NCBI RefSeq assembly: GCF_963921235.1
Contig: NC_086109.1
Span: 22,818,001 to 22,882,000 of the forward strand
Source: Mobula hypostoma
Lineage: Eukaryota
DNA length: 64,000 bases
Direction: 5' to 3'
Below, piece by piece: positions 23,170 to 36,640 of the stretch. A program made the translations under genes and the position numbers. How positions within the stretch are numbered: position 1 is the stretch's first letter; each line of letters begins with the position of its first letter. A model generated the notes under the pieces. That model was not told where the DNA came from and did not search any database. It saw only the letters and a list, made by a program, of their open reading frames with translations.

Positions 23170-24362
23170 ATAAGATACCTAAAGTTCAGTCCACTGATGA
23201 TGGCATAGCCTTGGTCCTCCACTCTGTCCTGTTCCACCTATGTAGTAATCAGTGCCTCGTACGTCAGGATGTTGTTCAGCTCAGCGTTTAACACAATCAC
23301 TCCTCAGAGGCAGGTGGGTAAACTGTCCTTATTGGGACTGAAAACCCTCTCTGTAACAGGACCTTGGACTTCTTGACAGAAAGATCCCAGTTAGTACGAG
23401 TTGGCAGCAACATCTCAAGGTCCATCACACTGAACACCGGTACACTTTCACCCACCCCTGAGAGCTGTGTGCCCAGTCTGCTGCTGTCCACACTGCTGAC
23501 TCACAACTGCTCTCTGAGACTCAGCTCAAACTGCATCACTGTTCGATGGTGACACTATACTGGTTGGCCTCATCAACAACAATGATCAAGTCGGCATACA
23601 GTGAGTATTGCAAAATAGTGTAAGTACAACAATCTGAGTCTCAACATGAACAAGACAAAAGAGATGATTGTGGACTTCAGGAAGGCACAGGTCGACCACT
23701 CTCCATTGCACATTGATGGCTTTGCCATGGAGAGAGTGAAAAGCACAAAGTTTCTTGGTGTGCACATCATGGACTATTTAATCTGGGCCCTCTTTCTGAG
23801 GAGACTGAGGTGTGCAAAGCTCCCTGCCCCCATTCTATCAAGTTTCAACAGGAGCACCATTGAGAGTGTCCTGTCTGGCTGCATCATGGTGTGATACAGA
23901 AGCTGCAAGGCGTCAGACTGCAGGACCCTACAGAGAAGATCAGTAGGGTCTCCCTCCCCCCTATTTGTGACATTTACCAGGAGTGTTGCAGATGAAGGCC
24001 CAAAGCATTGTTGAGGATCCCTACCACCCTTCCCACAATCTCCTTGATCCACAAGCGTAAGGAAGGAGGTACAGGAGCATCAGGACTAGGATTGCCAGAC
24101 TGGGCAGCAGCTTCTCCCCTCAGGCTGTGAGATGAATGAATACCTTGACAGTTCTGAGATCTCATCACTAGGACAGAGGGCTGTTTACTGTTTACCTGTG
24201 CTGCACATTATTACATGTATTTTGAGCATGCTCTTGTCTTTTTTATAGTATAATATTTTGGTTTATGTGCTGTATGTGATATATGTTTGTGGGTCCAGAG
24301 GAACGTTATTTCGCTTGGTTCTATACATGTACAGTCAAATGACATTAAAGTTTAAACTTGAA
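23170..24362 (+). mobile_element. Rex1/Babar-type LINE RT fragment
   Basis: DFLTERSQLVRVGSNISRSITLNTG..SCVPSLLL and NKTKEMIVDFRK..VKSTKFLGVHI..STIESVLSGCI; frameshifted; tail AAACTTGA. Confidence 0.85.
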
Positions 24363-25594
24363 AAGTGTGAAATACCCATCAAGGGGAATCAAAATCTGAA
24401 CCATCTGGAGAACTGATCGTCAAAGGCTGTTCCCTTCAAGCTTACACCTGGATCAATGGCACATGTGCAAATATGCATGTGTGCATCATTATCATTTCAA
24501 TGAATATTAATTTGAAGACCTTTTCCCTATGACTGTTTGCCCATTTGGATAAAAATAGATGTGAACAAACTGATTAGATAGCTCAAAACACTACATACTT
24601 AAATACAGAAAAACAACATTAAACACAATGTCACCTCTCATCCTCCAGTTAGTCAAGAATAAAATGTTAAACATTTGAAACCACACAATATTCCATTCCT
24701 ACTTGGTAATTCTAAACTCTCTAAGCATAGTGTATTATATATTACTGACTATACCATGATTGGACATATTACACATTTCATGTTCTTATAGAAAAATGGA
24801 GAGGATATAGTTGCTCTGATGCTTATTAACTTCAACTTGTAGCATGGTCCAAGATGGAAACAACTATTTTGCATTGAGTTTGCCTTTCTTTCCCAGAACT
24901 GTGGTGATAACTTGCCTTAGTGCATTGAAAAGGGAAGTATCCCAAATATTTGTGCCTAATTTTCATATATGATTTTACCTTCTGGAAGACACAGGGTGAG
25001 TGGCATTGGGAATAACCATAATGCTTTCTAAAGTTGCGACACTCAGCATTTGGACAAAGCCAGAGGAAATTCACTATGGATAATGTACTGAAGAATAAAC
25101 CTTAAACTTGTTTTGAGCCAATTCTGAGGAAAAATTGGAGTAGGAAATTTCACTCTTGTTTGACTCAAATATCAGTAACTCTCATTTATTTGGAGTAAGT
25201 GATACATGGGGCGGCGGGGGGCGGGTTAAGTAATTGCTCTGAGTTTTGGGGATATACAAACAATACTTGATTGTGAGCCTGTAGATTTAATTCTTCCCCA
25301 TTAATGATAATGGAAATAAAAATGAAGAGAGGTATAAAATTAACTACTGACATGCTAATACACAAATTAAAAATCTAAAATGTTGTGTAGAGGAGAAATT
25401 GGATACCCACCCCTCAAACTCTCAAAAGATCACCGCCATTGCTGATGCTCAGCTGAACTCAGCTGAATTCCCTCCCTCTGTCCCCACTGGAATATCTCAG
25501 CATCTCTACAATTTCAATGTTTTCACTTCAAGTGTAGTTAGTTTGCTTAATTTGTGGGTTGTCATTGAGCTTACAACAGCAAGACATGCAGCTT

Positions 25595-25870
25595 GAGCCT
25601 TTACAGCAGCTAGCTGTAAGATCAGGGTTCAATTCCCACCGCTGTCCGAACATTCTTCCCATGGCCCCGTGGGTTTCCTCTGGGTGCTCTGTTTTCCTCC
25701 CACATTCAAAAGACATATGGGTTAGGGTTAGCGAGGTGCTCCTATTGCTATGTTGGCACCGGACGCATGGAGACACTTGCAGGCTTCCCAGCACAATCCT
25801 CACTGCTTTGATTTGATGCCATCAACTGTATGTTTCAATGTATTTGTGACAAATAAAGCTTATTTTTCTT
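25595..25870 (+). mobile_element. V-domain SINE, second subfamily
   Basis: GGGTTCAATTCCC B-box, V-domain, GTGACAAATAAAGCT tail. Confidence 0.8.
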
Positions 25871-26864
25871 TCTTTCACATGAACCTCTGCCCTCTCCATT
25901 TCTTTTCATCCTATCGGCATAAACCTTTATTCACTTGTGTACCTATCTAACGTGACGATAATCTCATTAGAGAATTATCAACTTGTACAGCAATGGAAAC
26001 AAGTCCCTTTAGCCAACTGAGATCATGACGACCATTACACAGCCATCATTTTTTACACTAATACTAACCAGTGCCATTCTTTTTCCCTATACTCCCAACA
26101 ACTACCTGAACAGTCTTACATTTGGAACAGTTTACAAGGACCATTTAGCCTCCTGGCCCACAGGTCTTTGGCATATGGGAGAAAACCAGATCATCTGGGA
26201 GGAATCCTCACAATGACAGGGAGAACATGCGGAATCCTTGCAGCCAGCACCAGAGGTTAGAGTCAAAATTGCTTCACCGGAGCTGTGCGACAGCAGCTTT
26301 ATTAACTGCTATTGTCCTTACTATTTTCACAACTACTCTCTCGGTTAGCAAGTTACACATTCTAATTCTGTTAGGGAAAGCCCTTTATCCTGAATTCCCC
26401 AATGGGATTGTTGATGATAATCTTATACTTCAAAGCACTAGTTTTGATTTCTCCTGTAAGTAGAAAAGTTTCTACATTCAATCGCTCAAACACATATTAC
26501 TTGGGATCCTTTTTCAGATCACTTTTCAATCCTCACTCTGCAAAGGAAAAATGGCCATTTCCAACTTCATTACAGAAGCCAGAAGTGGCCAAATCAATCT
26601 CAAGGGAAAAGCTCATTGTCTAGAGTGAGTTAACTGTGGTTTAAGATGAAGAATAAAGCAGAAACTCTGCATGTTTCATCTAAGCCTCAGTGACTTGACT
26701 ACTTGATGTTGATTAGAAGTGACAGAAGAGAAAAAGATCCTACCCTGTTCTCAAAATGAAAAAAAAATTAAATTAAACTCAGCTTCTCAATGATTGTTTT
26801 CATTTTTTTTAATCAAGGAATTGGATTGTTTTGAGGTAAGATGAAGAAAACTGGATTTCCTTTA

Positions 26865-27275
26865 TTTACAGATCTTGAGAGAATCAAATAGGATACTGAG
26901 AGGTGACCTTATAAAGGTTTATAAAATCATCAGAGGCATGGATAGGATGGATGCATGTAGTCTTTTTTCCAGTGAAAGGGAATCAAAGGGGCATAGGGCT
27001 AACATGAGAGTGAAACGATTTAAAGGTGACCAAAGTGGCTACTTCCTCATACAGAAGATGAGGTATGTGAGGACTGAGCTGCCAGAGAAAGTAGTTGAAG
27101 GAGGTACGCTGACAACACTTAAAGGACATTTGGACTGGTAGATAGATAGGAAAGGTTTAAATGGATGTTGGTCAAATATGACCAAATGGGATCAGCATAG
27201 ATGGGCATCTTGATTGCATGGATAAGTTGGGCAGAGGGATCTGTTTTCTTGCTGTATTCCTCCATTACTCTAATT
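26865..27275 (+). mobile_element. CR1 LINE 3' fragment
   Basis: LRGDLIKVYKIIRGMDRMD...GH..RFKGD..ELPEKVVE, the CR1 ORF2 C-terminus. Confidence 0.85.
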
Positions 27276-27814
27276 CCATTTTGCCCACCAGAAATCGCTT
27301 ACTATCCACAGCTATACATCTTTAATCACGTCCACTTAACACAACAGACATCAATGTTTTTGCATGTGTTTATGTAGCAAACATCTACTACCATTCAATA
27401 CTGAAGGAAGTGAAGCATACAACAATCAAACACCTTATAGTATCCCTTTGGTATACTTCTAGTGTACTTTACTAGCAAATGCATAAAAGGTGAATGCAAA
27501 CACTGTCATTAACAAAAGAGCTCAGAGCCCTTCATAACAGCACCAGCAAGCAAAGCTTTTGACTGAGACAATGAAGCTAATTAGGGCTGTTGACCAAAAC
27601 AAGGTGAAAGTTCACATGAACAGAGCAAGTGAAGCTGAGTGTTCACACAAATTGGAAATCACTAATTGGAAATCAAATTCATTATATTTGGAATCCCAAT
27701 TAAAAATACAAGCAGGTGGTTCATAGTCTGCTCATTAGTAACTGGGCAAAGGTACTGAGCATTGTAGCAGTTCTGAATCACAAGGTGCACCAGTTTAAAT
27801 AAAGTCAATGTGGA

Positions 27815-28225
27815 GTTCATTGTTATACACGCAAGTACACGTGCAATGAAAATCTTACTTTCAGCAGACCGGCATTTAGCATTATATAGCAATGTTCACA
27901 AGCAAAACAATTAATTGTAAATTATCCACAATTCTTACAAGAAAACACAATTAAAACAAAAAAAAATACAAAGACCATTTTAGTGAAAGTAGATCAAAGT
28001 GGTCAAGGTGTTGCTAAACTGTAGTGATTAGGGTTTTGCCAGTTGGTTTAAGAACAGAATGGTTGAAGGAATGTAGCTGTTCCTGAAGCTGGTGACATAG
28101 ACTTTAGGCTTCTGTATCTCCTGCCTGATGGCAGATGAGAGAAGATGGTATAGCCTGAATGGTGAAGATCTTTGATAATAGATACTGCCTGTTTGAGGCA
28201 GCACCTCCTGTTGATGATACCGATG
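27815..28225 (-). mobile_element. Rex1/Babar-type LINE 3' end
   Basis: AGCTGTTCCTGAAGCTGGTG..CTTTAGGCTTCTGTATCTCCTGCCTGATGG matches other copies. Confidence 0.7.
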
Positions 28226-29571
28226 ACAGGGATGATGGAATGATAGGTGAGGATATTAGGAGCAAGAAGGAAGGAAATTTTTCAACCAGAGTGGTCGGTC
28301 TGTGGCATCTTGAAAGTCAGGACTTTGAAGTCCGACAGATTAATTGCATTAAAGAGTAATTGTATTTGTGAAAAGAAAATGAAAACTGCTCGAGTATTGC
28401 TGGGAAGGATTGGGAAAATGAGGAATGGAAGCAGGAAAGGCCAAGTGAGATTAATACTTCAACATTTATTGTATCATAGAAGGAGAATACCTGGCCCTTG
28501 TGCCTGTGCCACTTATCAGAAAAAAATATCCAATTAGTCCAGTTCCCTTGCTGATTTTACATTGTCATGCATTCTTTTTCCCATAAAGTAGTTCTCCAAT
28601 TGTACTTTAAGCTATTGAATCTACCTTCAGCACCATTTTAAGCACTGAATTCCAGATCACCAGAACTCAGTGTTAAATGAAAATCTCCTCTTGTCTCTCG
28701 GCTTTTTTTCACATCTGCCTTAAATCTCAGACTTCTGTTTCCTGATCTGGTGGGAAACGGAGATTTCCTCCTTTATTTATTCTTTCAGAATTTTTTATTC
28801 ATTGAACACTTCCTATTAAATCTCCTTTTGAACTTCTGTCCTCTCATGGCTAAAGAAGGTTAGAAGATAATATATACTTTTAAAAGAAAAACTTTTTTCC
28901 TCATATTTTAGTGACATTTATGACCTTATTTCAGTGCTAATGTGAAACCATTATCATGATTTTTAATTGGCCTAAAATTAAGGGTATAGCGATGACCTAA
29001 TTTTCTGGAGTGTTTCCTCCACAGTCCAATGTATCATTCCATTACTACATCTTTAATTAAAGATATTCTCGTTATACTAATACTGAGACATTACAGAATC
29101 CATTGGCTTGAAAGTAAATTATTCACAGGCAGTGAGTGGGATCTTTTCTTCAGTGGAACTGAAAATCCACATCAGTATGAATTACCAGAACATTAATAGA
29201 CTATTGATGAATTTGGTATCATGCTCCTCATGGTAAACTTCAAAAATCCCCCGTTCCCTCGGCATTGCTTATATCATCTATTGTTTGAGATGGTTTTCTC
29301 TGCCTTCTTGGCAAGACATTAACTCTGATATTCTGACCAATAATTCAAATTAAAAAAACAAAAAAAACTGATTAACTCAGTTCTGTTTTGGAAATATCCA
29401 TCATATGCTCTACATTGCAACAGTACTTTCAGTAGCTGCTTTGTGACAACTTGAAGTTGAAAAAAGGCACTAAAAAATGCAGACTTTGATTTCTGTAATG
29501 GAGCTTTTATGCTGCTGAAAGCTGCCTCATCTTTTTAGTTTAACAGGGCAAATGAAAGTGTCTTACCACTT

Positions 29572-29820
29572 TCACAGTGCTTTACAGAAGGGGTGACCTG
29601 CATTCAATTCTTGCGGCTGCCTGTAAGAAGTTTGTACGTTCTACCCGTGACCTAGTGGGTTTCTCGCACAGTCCAAAGATGTACCGGTTGGTTGGTTAAT
29701 TCGTCATTGTAAATTGTCCCGTGATTAGGCCAGGATTACATCGGGGGATTGTTGGATGGTGTGGCTGAAAGGGCTGGAAGGGACTATTCCGTGTTTTATC
29801 TCAATGAGTAAATACAATAA
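29572..29820 (+). mobile_element. V-domain SINE (HE1-like)
   Basis: Same core and tail as 19185 copy, forward orientation. Confidence 0.8.
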
Positions 29821-29836
29821 AACTCTGGTGTACCCC

Positions 29837-30106
29837 GAACATAAGAAATAAGAGCAGGAGTAGGTCATCTGGCCCATCAAGCCTGCTCCGCCATTCAATA
29901 AGATCATAGCTAACCTTATAATTGAACAATTTAGAGTAACCAATTAACCTACCCAATACGTTTTTGGACTGAGGGAGGAAACCGGAGCACCCAGAGAAAA
30001 CCCATGCATTTCACAGGGAGGACATACAGAGTCCGTACAGAGGATGCCAGGATTGAACTCTGAGCTGTAATAGTGTTGCAGTAACTGCTGCGCTACGGTG
30101 TTACCC
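29837..30106 (-). mobile_element. CR1 tail (29837-~29915) abutting a truncated V-domain SINE
   Basis: GAACATAAGAAATAAGAGCAGGAGTAGG.CATCTGGCCC, then GGAGGAAACCGGAGCACCCAGAGAAAACCCA and tRNA-like head. Confidence 0.75.
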
Positions 30107-30167
30107 TAATGCAGGAACAATAATCTACAATAGCAAACCCATGGACAGTGGACAAAAAAAAAGACAG

Positions 30168-30440
30168 GGACACTGGAAACCTGAAATAAAAACAAATAAA
30201 AAGCTGAAAACACTCAGAGGGTCAGGCAGCGTCCATACAGGGAGAAAAAGAACTAATGCTTCAGGTCATCAACAATACAAGTGCAGACAGATGACACTAA
30301 ACATGGACATCAGTGTACAAGAATTTAAATGTTAATGCCATTTCTCTTTTCACATTAATTCTATTTCTCTTTCCACAGGTACTGCCTGAACTTTTAAGCA
30401 TTTCCATCATTCCATGTTTTGATTTCATTTTCTGGCAATA
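30168..30440. mobile_element. Old Penelope-like terminal-repeat inverted pair
   Basis: ACACTCAGAGGGTCAGGCAGCGTCC..GGGAGAAA faces TTTCTCTTTCCACAGGTACTGCCTGAAC. Confidence 0.55.
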
Positions 30441-30627
30441 CTAGTTAGAAACGTTGGCAATTTCACTCTAGTCGGTCACTGGGGGACCTAGTGTGGGAAA
30501 CACTAAAACCAAATGCTTATTGTAAGAACTGACCAACACCCTTTGTTGATGGGAATTATTGCTGGGAGAATTGACCTATATTTTGCCATGTTCAAGCTGC
30601 CTTGCAAATATCTTATGAGACATCAGG

Positions 30628-30695
30628 CACAGGTTCCCAACCTTTTTTATGCCATGGCCTCTGACCATTAACCCAGGGGTCCATGGAGCCCCTGT
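30628..30695. mobile_element. Tiny hAT-type MITE, second copy
   Basis: GGTTCCCAACCTTTTTTATGCCATGG..CCATTAAC..AGGGGTCCATGGA shared with 19526 copy. Confidence 0.6.
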
Positions 30696-31749
30696 GAGGA
30701 AGCATTCTCCCCCATTGAATCTGTGCCAGAAAGAAAGATTCATCTATCTTTCTGTATCTAAATAGGGCCCTGCCTATCCTGAGCAACATTCCCATCGACA
30801 AAGGGTGTGTTCAGATTTACAGGGGGCTCTGGGAGTGGGTCAGTATTTAATTGGTGTCAGGGATTACAGAAATTCTCTGAGAGTTTTGCTAAGGTTTGCA
30901 TGGTCTCTTGTCAATACATAGAAATTCACTAAAGATGACTCCCAATCATATACACATATCCTAACACTAATACATTCTTTCACAACATGGTACCCCCAGG
31001 GTCTCGAGGGTGATTCAATATTTACTGTTGATCCTCTGAAAAGCTTCAATATTCACTAGTTCTTTAATAATATCTCATCATTTATTGAAGGGAGCTAGGG
31101 TAGGTAAAGGGGGAATGTGGTTAGAAGAGTGTAGGAATTTACAGTGTTTCTGAGAGACAGAATTTTATGGAACCTTTTAAATTTTCAGTCAAAAGCAATG
31201 TAATGAGGAATTATTGTGAGCAATTTAAACAGAAAACAAAATAAAAGTTCCATAGGAGTCAATATGATATATAATGCACTGAAAGTCACAACATTTTCCA
31301 CTATAAACTAGAAATGTAAACAATTACTTTTTTGTGGATTGTTGAACACCAGTGCACTTGCTGTGTAAATCTTGTCTCTCCACTTCACTTACAGGGTATC
31401 GAGCTGTCTATCTTTGTTCATCAGATCCATAAAATTTAGAAGCACATTTCACAATTTATAGGTTATGATTTACTGTGTTAATAGTACAAAAAGAAGCATT
31501 AGGTTTTAAGTGAGGTCCATAGAAGGGACCATATTTCAAAAGCCCTCATGCTTGGTTAGTTCAAGGTGCTACTTCTAATGTGAGGCCATTATTTCAAAAT
31601 AGCTGCATTTATGTTTCACCAGCAGAAAACCGGCTGGTCCACAAGTGGGTAGTTCAAAAGAGAGTCACCAGAAGCTAAATCCTTACATAAGGGCGTTGTC
31701 TTCTCAAGAGCAGCTAAGGAGGTTGGACCTGTGTCCTTTGAAGGATGAT

Positions 31750-32125
31750 CAAACATGCAAAATCCTAAGGGGTCATGACAAGTTAGATTATGAGGTGTTT
31801 CCAACAATGAGAAAGTCTTGAACACGGCAGCATTGTTACAAGATGGTCAGATAGTTACTTAAAGCTGAGTTACATCAGAATTTCTTCTCGCAGATGGGAA
31901 TGAAGGTTTCGAATTCTCTACCCTGAAGGACCAGTACATTAATCAGTACTTAGGGAGCAGAAGAGATGAATTTTTGAAAGAAAAAAACTGGCAAATTCAA
32001 CAGCATGGAGAACTGGTGCAGAGGAGAAGTGGCAGCTTGGGGCAGATCAGCCATGATCATGTGGAATGGCAGGGCAGGCTTGTGGGCCAAGGAACATTTC
32101 TGCTCCTATCTTCTTGGTTTTTGTT
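31750..32125 (+). mobile_element. Old CR1 LINE 3' fragment
   Basis: AATTTCTTCTCGCAGA..GAATTCTCTACCC..AGATCAGCCATGATC..GAATGGCAGGGCAGGCTTG..CTGCTCCTAT. Confidence 0.65.
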
Positions 32126-32369
32126 CCATGCAATAAAATTATATCACATCTAGAAGGGTTAGATGATGAAGACAGTTTGTATGCAGATTATAACATTTTG
32201 GGGTTTTTTTGTGCTGTGTGAGACATATGTTTTGTGGGTACACCATGGTTCGGAGAAATGTTGCTTCATTTGTTTGTATATACATTATGTACAGTCAGCT
32301 ATGATTTGGTTATAGACAATGCTTTCATTCCCTCACACGCGAGAGGAGGGGGAATAATTTGTGGTTCGT

Positions 32370-32625
32370 GCAACACTGATAAAGCTCAGGGTGTTCCAGG
32401 GTTCAGAGTTCAATTCTGGCGGCATTTGTACGTTCTTCCCCGTGAACTGTATGGGTTTCCTCTGGATGCTCCAGTTTCCTCCCACAAAGATGTACTGGTT
32501 CGTAGATTAAACGATCATTGCAAATTGTCCTGTGATTAGGCTAGCTTTAAATAGGTGGGTCTCTGGGTGGTGCAGCTCATTGGGCTGGAAGGGCCTGTAC
32601 CACACTAAATAAAGATAAAATAAAT
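32370..32625 (+). mobile_element. V-domain SINE
   Basis: GAGTTCAATTC B-box, V-domain, GGAAGGGCCTG..AATAAA tail. Confidence 0.75.
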
Positions 32626-33589
32626 CATACACAAGGGATGAAAGCTATGTTCTATTGATAAAAAGCTACCTAGAATTCCTCTTGGGTGTGTATTGCTGTG
32701 GAGGGGTTTGAAAACAATGGTATTAACTTTGAAATCAAATTATCAGAAGGCCTAGAACGGAGAATGGACTGACCTCAGCATGTTGGGGCACAATTGGGAG
32801 GTATTGGAGGAATAGATAAAGAGGTGGACACAGCTTCCGCCAGAAGAAAGCAATGAAAAGATTGAAGTTAACAATGGAAACTCAATAGGACTGAGTATCT
32901 AGGACTGCTAGGAACATCAGGCTCCAAAGAGTTTAGAAAACCACAACTGACATGTGACATGTGGAAGAATTTTAAAATCAATTTACGTCATTTGAAGCAA
33001 TTTTCCTGTGACTCTGCATATCCCCGGAACAGTTTTATACTCTTTCACATCCGAGAGAATATTCCACAGCTAATCTGTTCTTGCAGCAAGCACGATAATT
33101 TAGAGGGACATGGATGCTGAGTCACAGAGCTGTAACCATAGCGATAGCAACAGTTCACTGAAGGCAAAGATGGTGGAGAGAATGGTAGGTCATTAAAACC
33201 CAGTAAAGATTTTTTTAAAATCAGAACTGTTACCTTGTGATTCAATTAAAGAATTTAGTTTACAATGATCTTCATGGAGTTCTATTCCGGTCCTTGAAAA
33301 GGCTAATGTTTCAGGATTATATAGTATAAGTAAAGTTAGATTTCTATTTCTGTAGATTCTCCTAAAAATTGTCTCCAATTTTTTTTTTTTTTTTTTTACA
33401 AACGAACTGCTTTGAGACAGGCAAAGTAAGTGACCATGGACACTGTAATACTCCAGCAACAAGTTGCACAGAAGCATATACTGTAACACATTGGCAGACA
33501 GAGCTGATATGGGAATGAGGGTGTAGATCCTCTTTAGATCAGAGAATGACAAATAAATAAACCCTGAGGGAACGTGACAAGTCAGGCAT

Positions 33590-33705
33590 CATCCAAGAAG
33601 GATCTTTACCCAAAATCTCGACCATCGATGCTGCCTGATCTGTTCAGTTCCTCCAGCACTTTGAGTGTTGCTCCATATTTCAGCATCTGCAGTCTCTGCC
33701 TCTCC
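33590..33705 (+). mobile_element. Penelope-like 3' terminal repeat fragment
   Basis: GATGCTGCCTGATCTGTTCAGTTCCTCCAGCACTTTGAGTGTTGCTCC..TTTCAGCATCTGCAGTCTC. Confidence 0.7.
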
Positions 33706-34661
33706 AATGGTATATAAACAGATAATCAACTGTGAAATCTTCAAAACTGGGGAGAAGCTAAAGGATTCAGATATGGTTATGCACAATTATTCCAATCTAA
33801 TCCCCCTTATTCTGTCTTTTCACCCAGCAGATACCACATGGCCACTACTTCTACATCCCTATGTCCCACTGCACTGAAAACATTACCCCTCCCTCTTTTC
33901 ATTTTTAGCCTTTTCTTTTAAAAACAATAAATAACCTACAATATTGAGTTCCCAGTTCTGGTCACCCTGCAACTATGCCTCCGTAATAGCAAGTAAATTA
34001 AATTCATTTATTTCCATTTGTTTTGTCAATTCATCTATCTTTCTACAAATGTTGTGTGCATTCAAATAAAGAGCTTTAAACCTTTTTTAAAATGATTGCT
34101 GCAGGTTCCAATTATTTCTGCACACTTCTGGTTATATTTTCTCCTCTTTCCTTACAAGCTTTTATTTTCATTCACCCCTTCACCACTTTATGCCACTACT
34201 CGCTCATTTCCTTTCAAGTTATTAAACTCCCCTTCACTTGAATCCTCCTACTTTCTAATTCGCCTAAAGCCCTGTCCATAATCCTAGTTGGGCACTAGTC
34301 CCAGTGTTGTTGAAGTGAAGCTTATTGCAATGGAATAGCCTTTTCTTTCCTTCTACTGGTTTCAATGCCTCATGAACCTGGCCCTATCTCTTCCATGCCA
34401 ATTTTTAAGCAAGGCATTTACTTCTCTAATATTACTTATCCTCTGCTGATTGGTATATGGCTTAAGTAACAATTTGGATATTATTCCTTATGTGATTCTG
34501 CTTTACAATTGAGCCCTGATCTGCTTATAATTCCTCAGCAAAGCCTTCCTCCTTGTTGGAACATAATCATCGGCACTTACACACCAACCTATCTATCCTT
34601 GAGTGGCTAACTGCAAATTAGCAGAACATTGCAAATTCAGCTTGGGTAAAAAAGGATCTAG

Positions 34662-34772
34662 TGTTTTCCCGGCATATATGACTAATAAACTCTCTTTGGG
34701 CTTCCAGCGGGTATAGGTATTGATTTTAACCGATGTTTCAATGACAAACTCTGCCATCTTCATCAGGGATGA
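34662..34772 (-). mobile_element. Short repeat carrying a hammerhead ribozyme-like core (second Penelope-like family)
   Basis: Minus strand CUGAUGA-A-GAUGGCA-GAGUU-UGUCAUU-GAAAC-AUC; abuts a Penelope 3' end. Confidence 0.55.
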
Positions 34773-34777
34773 GATCG

Positions 34778-35180
34778 TCTACAACACAACGGTATGAACG
34801 ATGAATTTTCCAATTTCAGGTAACTCACACTGATGGTGTTCTCCTCCCACACACACTCACTTGTCCACTTAGTTTTCTTCTTTTGTTCACTTTCACCAAC
34901 CTTTCCCCTCACCTGGTTCCATCAGTCTATCATGCCTGCCCCATCTGGTTTCACCCCTGTCTGCCCCCCAGTTGACTCCATCCACCCCTCAGCCCCTCTA
35001 TGTATGGTTCCACTTGTCATCCAGCCTCTGCATTTGCTTCCTTGTACTGCTATACACTAGTAATCTTTCTTCTTCTGATGCAAGGTCTTGCACCATTTAT
35101 CTCCACAGATGCTACTTGATCCACTGAATTCTTCCAGTATGTTTTTAATTTCCAGCTTTGCAGTCCTTTTTTGCCTTCTG
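34778..35180 (+). mobile_element. Penelope-like element 3' end
   Basis: CTACAACACAACGGTATGAACGATGAATTTTCCAATTTCAGGTAA reads LQHNGMNDEFSNFR*, like the Penelope GIY-YIG C-terminus; pyrimidine-rich UTR and terminal repeat follow. Confidence 0.75.
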
Positions 35181-35984
35181 GGCTTAGAGAATGTTGGGTA
35201 AAAGTGAGGAGGAGGATTGGGGCAATGGAGACAATTGGTCTGACCTAAGCATGACTGGCAAACCTAATTGCACCTAACAACCTTTTCTGTCTCCATAAAT
35301 TTCCATATTTTTGCGGCAAAAAAATTGTCAAATCAAAACACATTCACAGCTAGTTCGAGATCCCTGCCACTAAAGGTAGATGTCAGGAGACTGCCATAGC
35401 TTAAGCCAGTTTCACTAACCAAGGGTAGGAGCAACACAGACCAACAATGAAATCTGGCAGATGATGAGAGGAAAACCTGCATAAAAGTAGGTTGAATGTA
35501 ATCCAATGTTTATCGTTTCAGAGAGTGCAGTAACAATTCCCTTTGATCATTAAATGCACTTCACCCTCCTGAAATGAAGTTGTTTTACACTGACCCAATT
35601 CCAGTAATTTCACATATATTTCTGTCACACTGGGATAAATATGACAGACAAGTGTTTTATTGTTTTTTATATACATATATTCAAGTGTGGTTATAAGATC
35701 CTGGGATTTCTATTTTTCCCCACATAAATTGCATGCCTTAAAAAACATGATATTTTCTCATTTCTTCTCTGCTCTCTTTTCTAGGCTTACTGTGTCACAC
35801 ATTGCCTGCTGTCAGGCTGTGAAATAACTTCTTTCCACAATGTCACCTAAAGCCCCAGGCAGCAATTTGAAGGCAAGCACTTGAGTGTTGCATTGTACAT
35901 TTTACAAGCTGTTGCTCATGCCCCCCCAAGGAATTAATTCTTGCTGAAATATTACTTATAAAAGGCTCGGCATCGTCCATATTC

Positions 35985-36640
35985 ACTTTCATTGATGCAC
36001 TCGGAGGATGCAGGCAGCGTGGCAAGGGCAGTATTCATTACCCATCCCAGACCATTCATAAGAATGGAGGAATGATGCAGCCTTTTTGATGGAGGTGCTT
36101 CCACACTGTTGCCCAATAGGGACACCCCAGATTTAGATGCAGCCACAGTGAAGAAATAGGCTATATTAGAAATGTTGTTATAGGTGAGCAACCACTACAT
36201 TTGCAGGTGGCTCCCTGTGGCTGCACATGTTGCAATGTAGAAGGGAGTGAATGCTTTGGATGGTGGGTGTGACGTCTATCAACAGGGCTGCTTTTCTCTG
36301 CAAAGGCACTGAGCTTCAAATGTTTTTGGAGCCGCATGCATTTAGTCCCTAGGATGGTCATTGTTATAGAGTAATACAAGGAAACAGGTACTTCAGCCCA
36401 GCTTGTCCATAGGATGTTCCATTATATTCTTGGATTGCCTTGTAGATAGTGTAAAAGTTTTGGGACATCACGCAGCTTCACTCGCTGTAAGATAACCAGC
36501 CTCCAACCTACTATTTTGAATTAAGTAGCTGCTCTGGTTAACAGCAATGTACAGGATGTTGATGGTGATGGTGGGTACTTGGGGTGGTAGGAATGCCACT
36601 GAACGTTAGGAGAAGGTCTTCTGATGGAAATGGTAACTAG
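35985..36640 (-). mobile_element. Old LINE 3' region (same family as 20950-21805)
   Basis: Reverse-complement similarity to 20950-21805. Confidence 0.5.
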
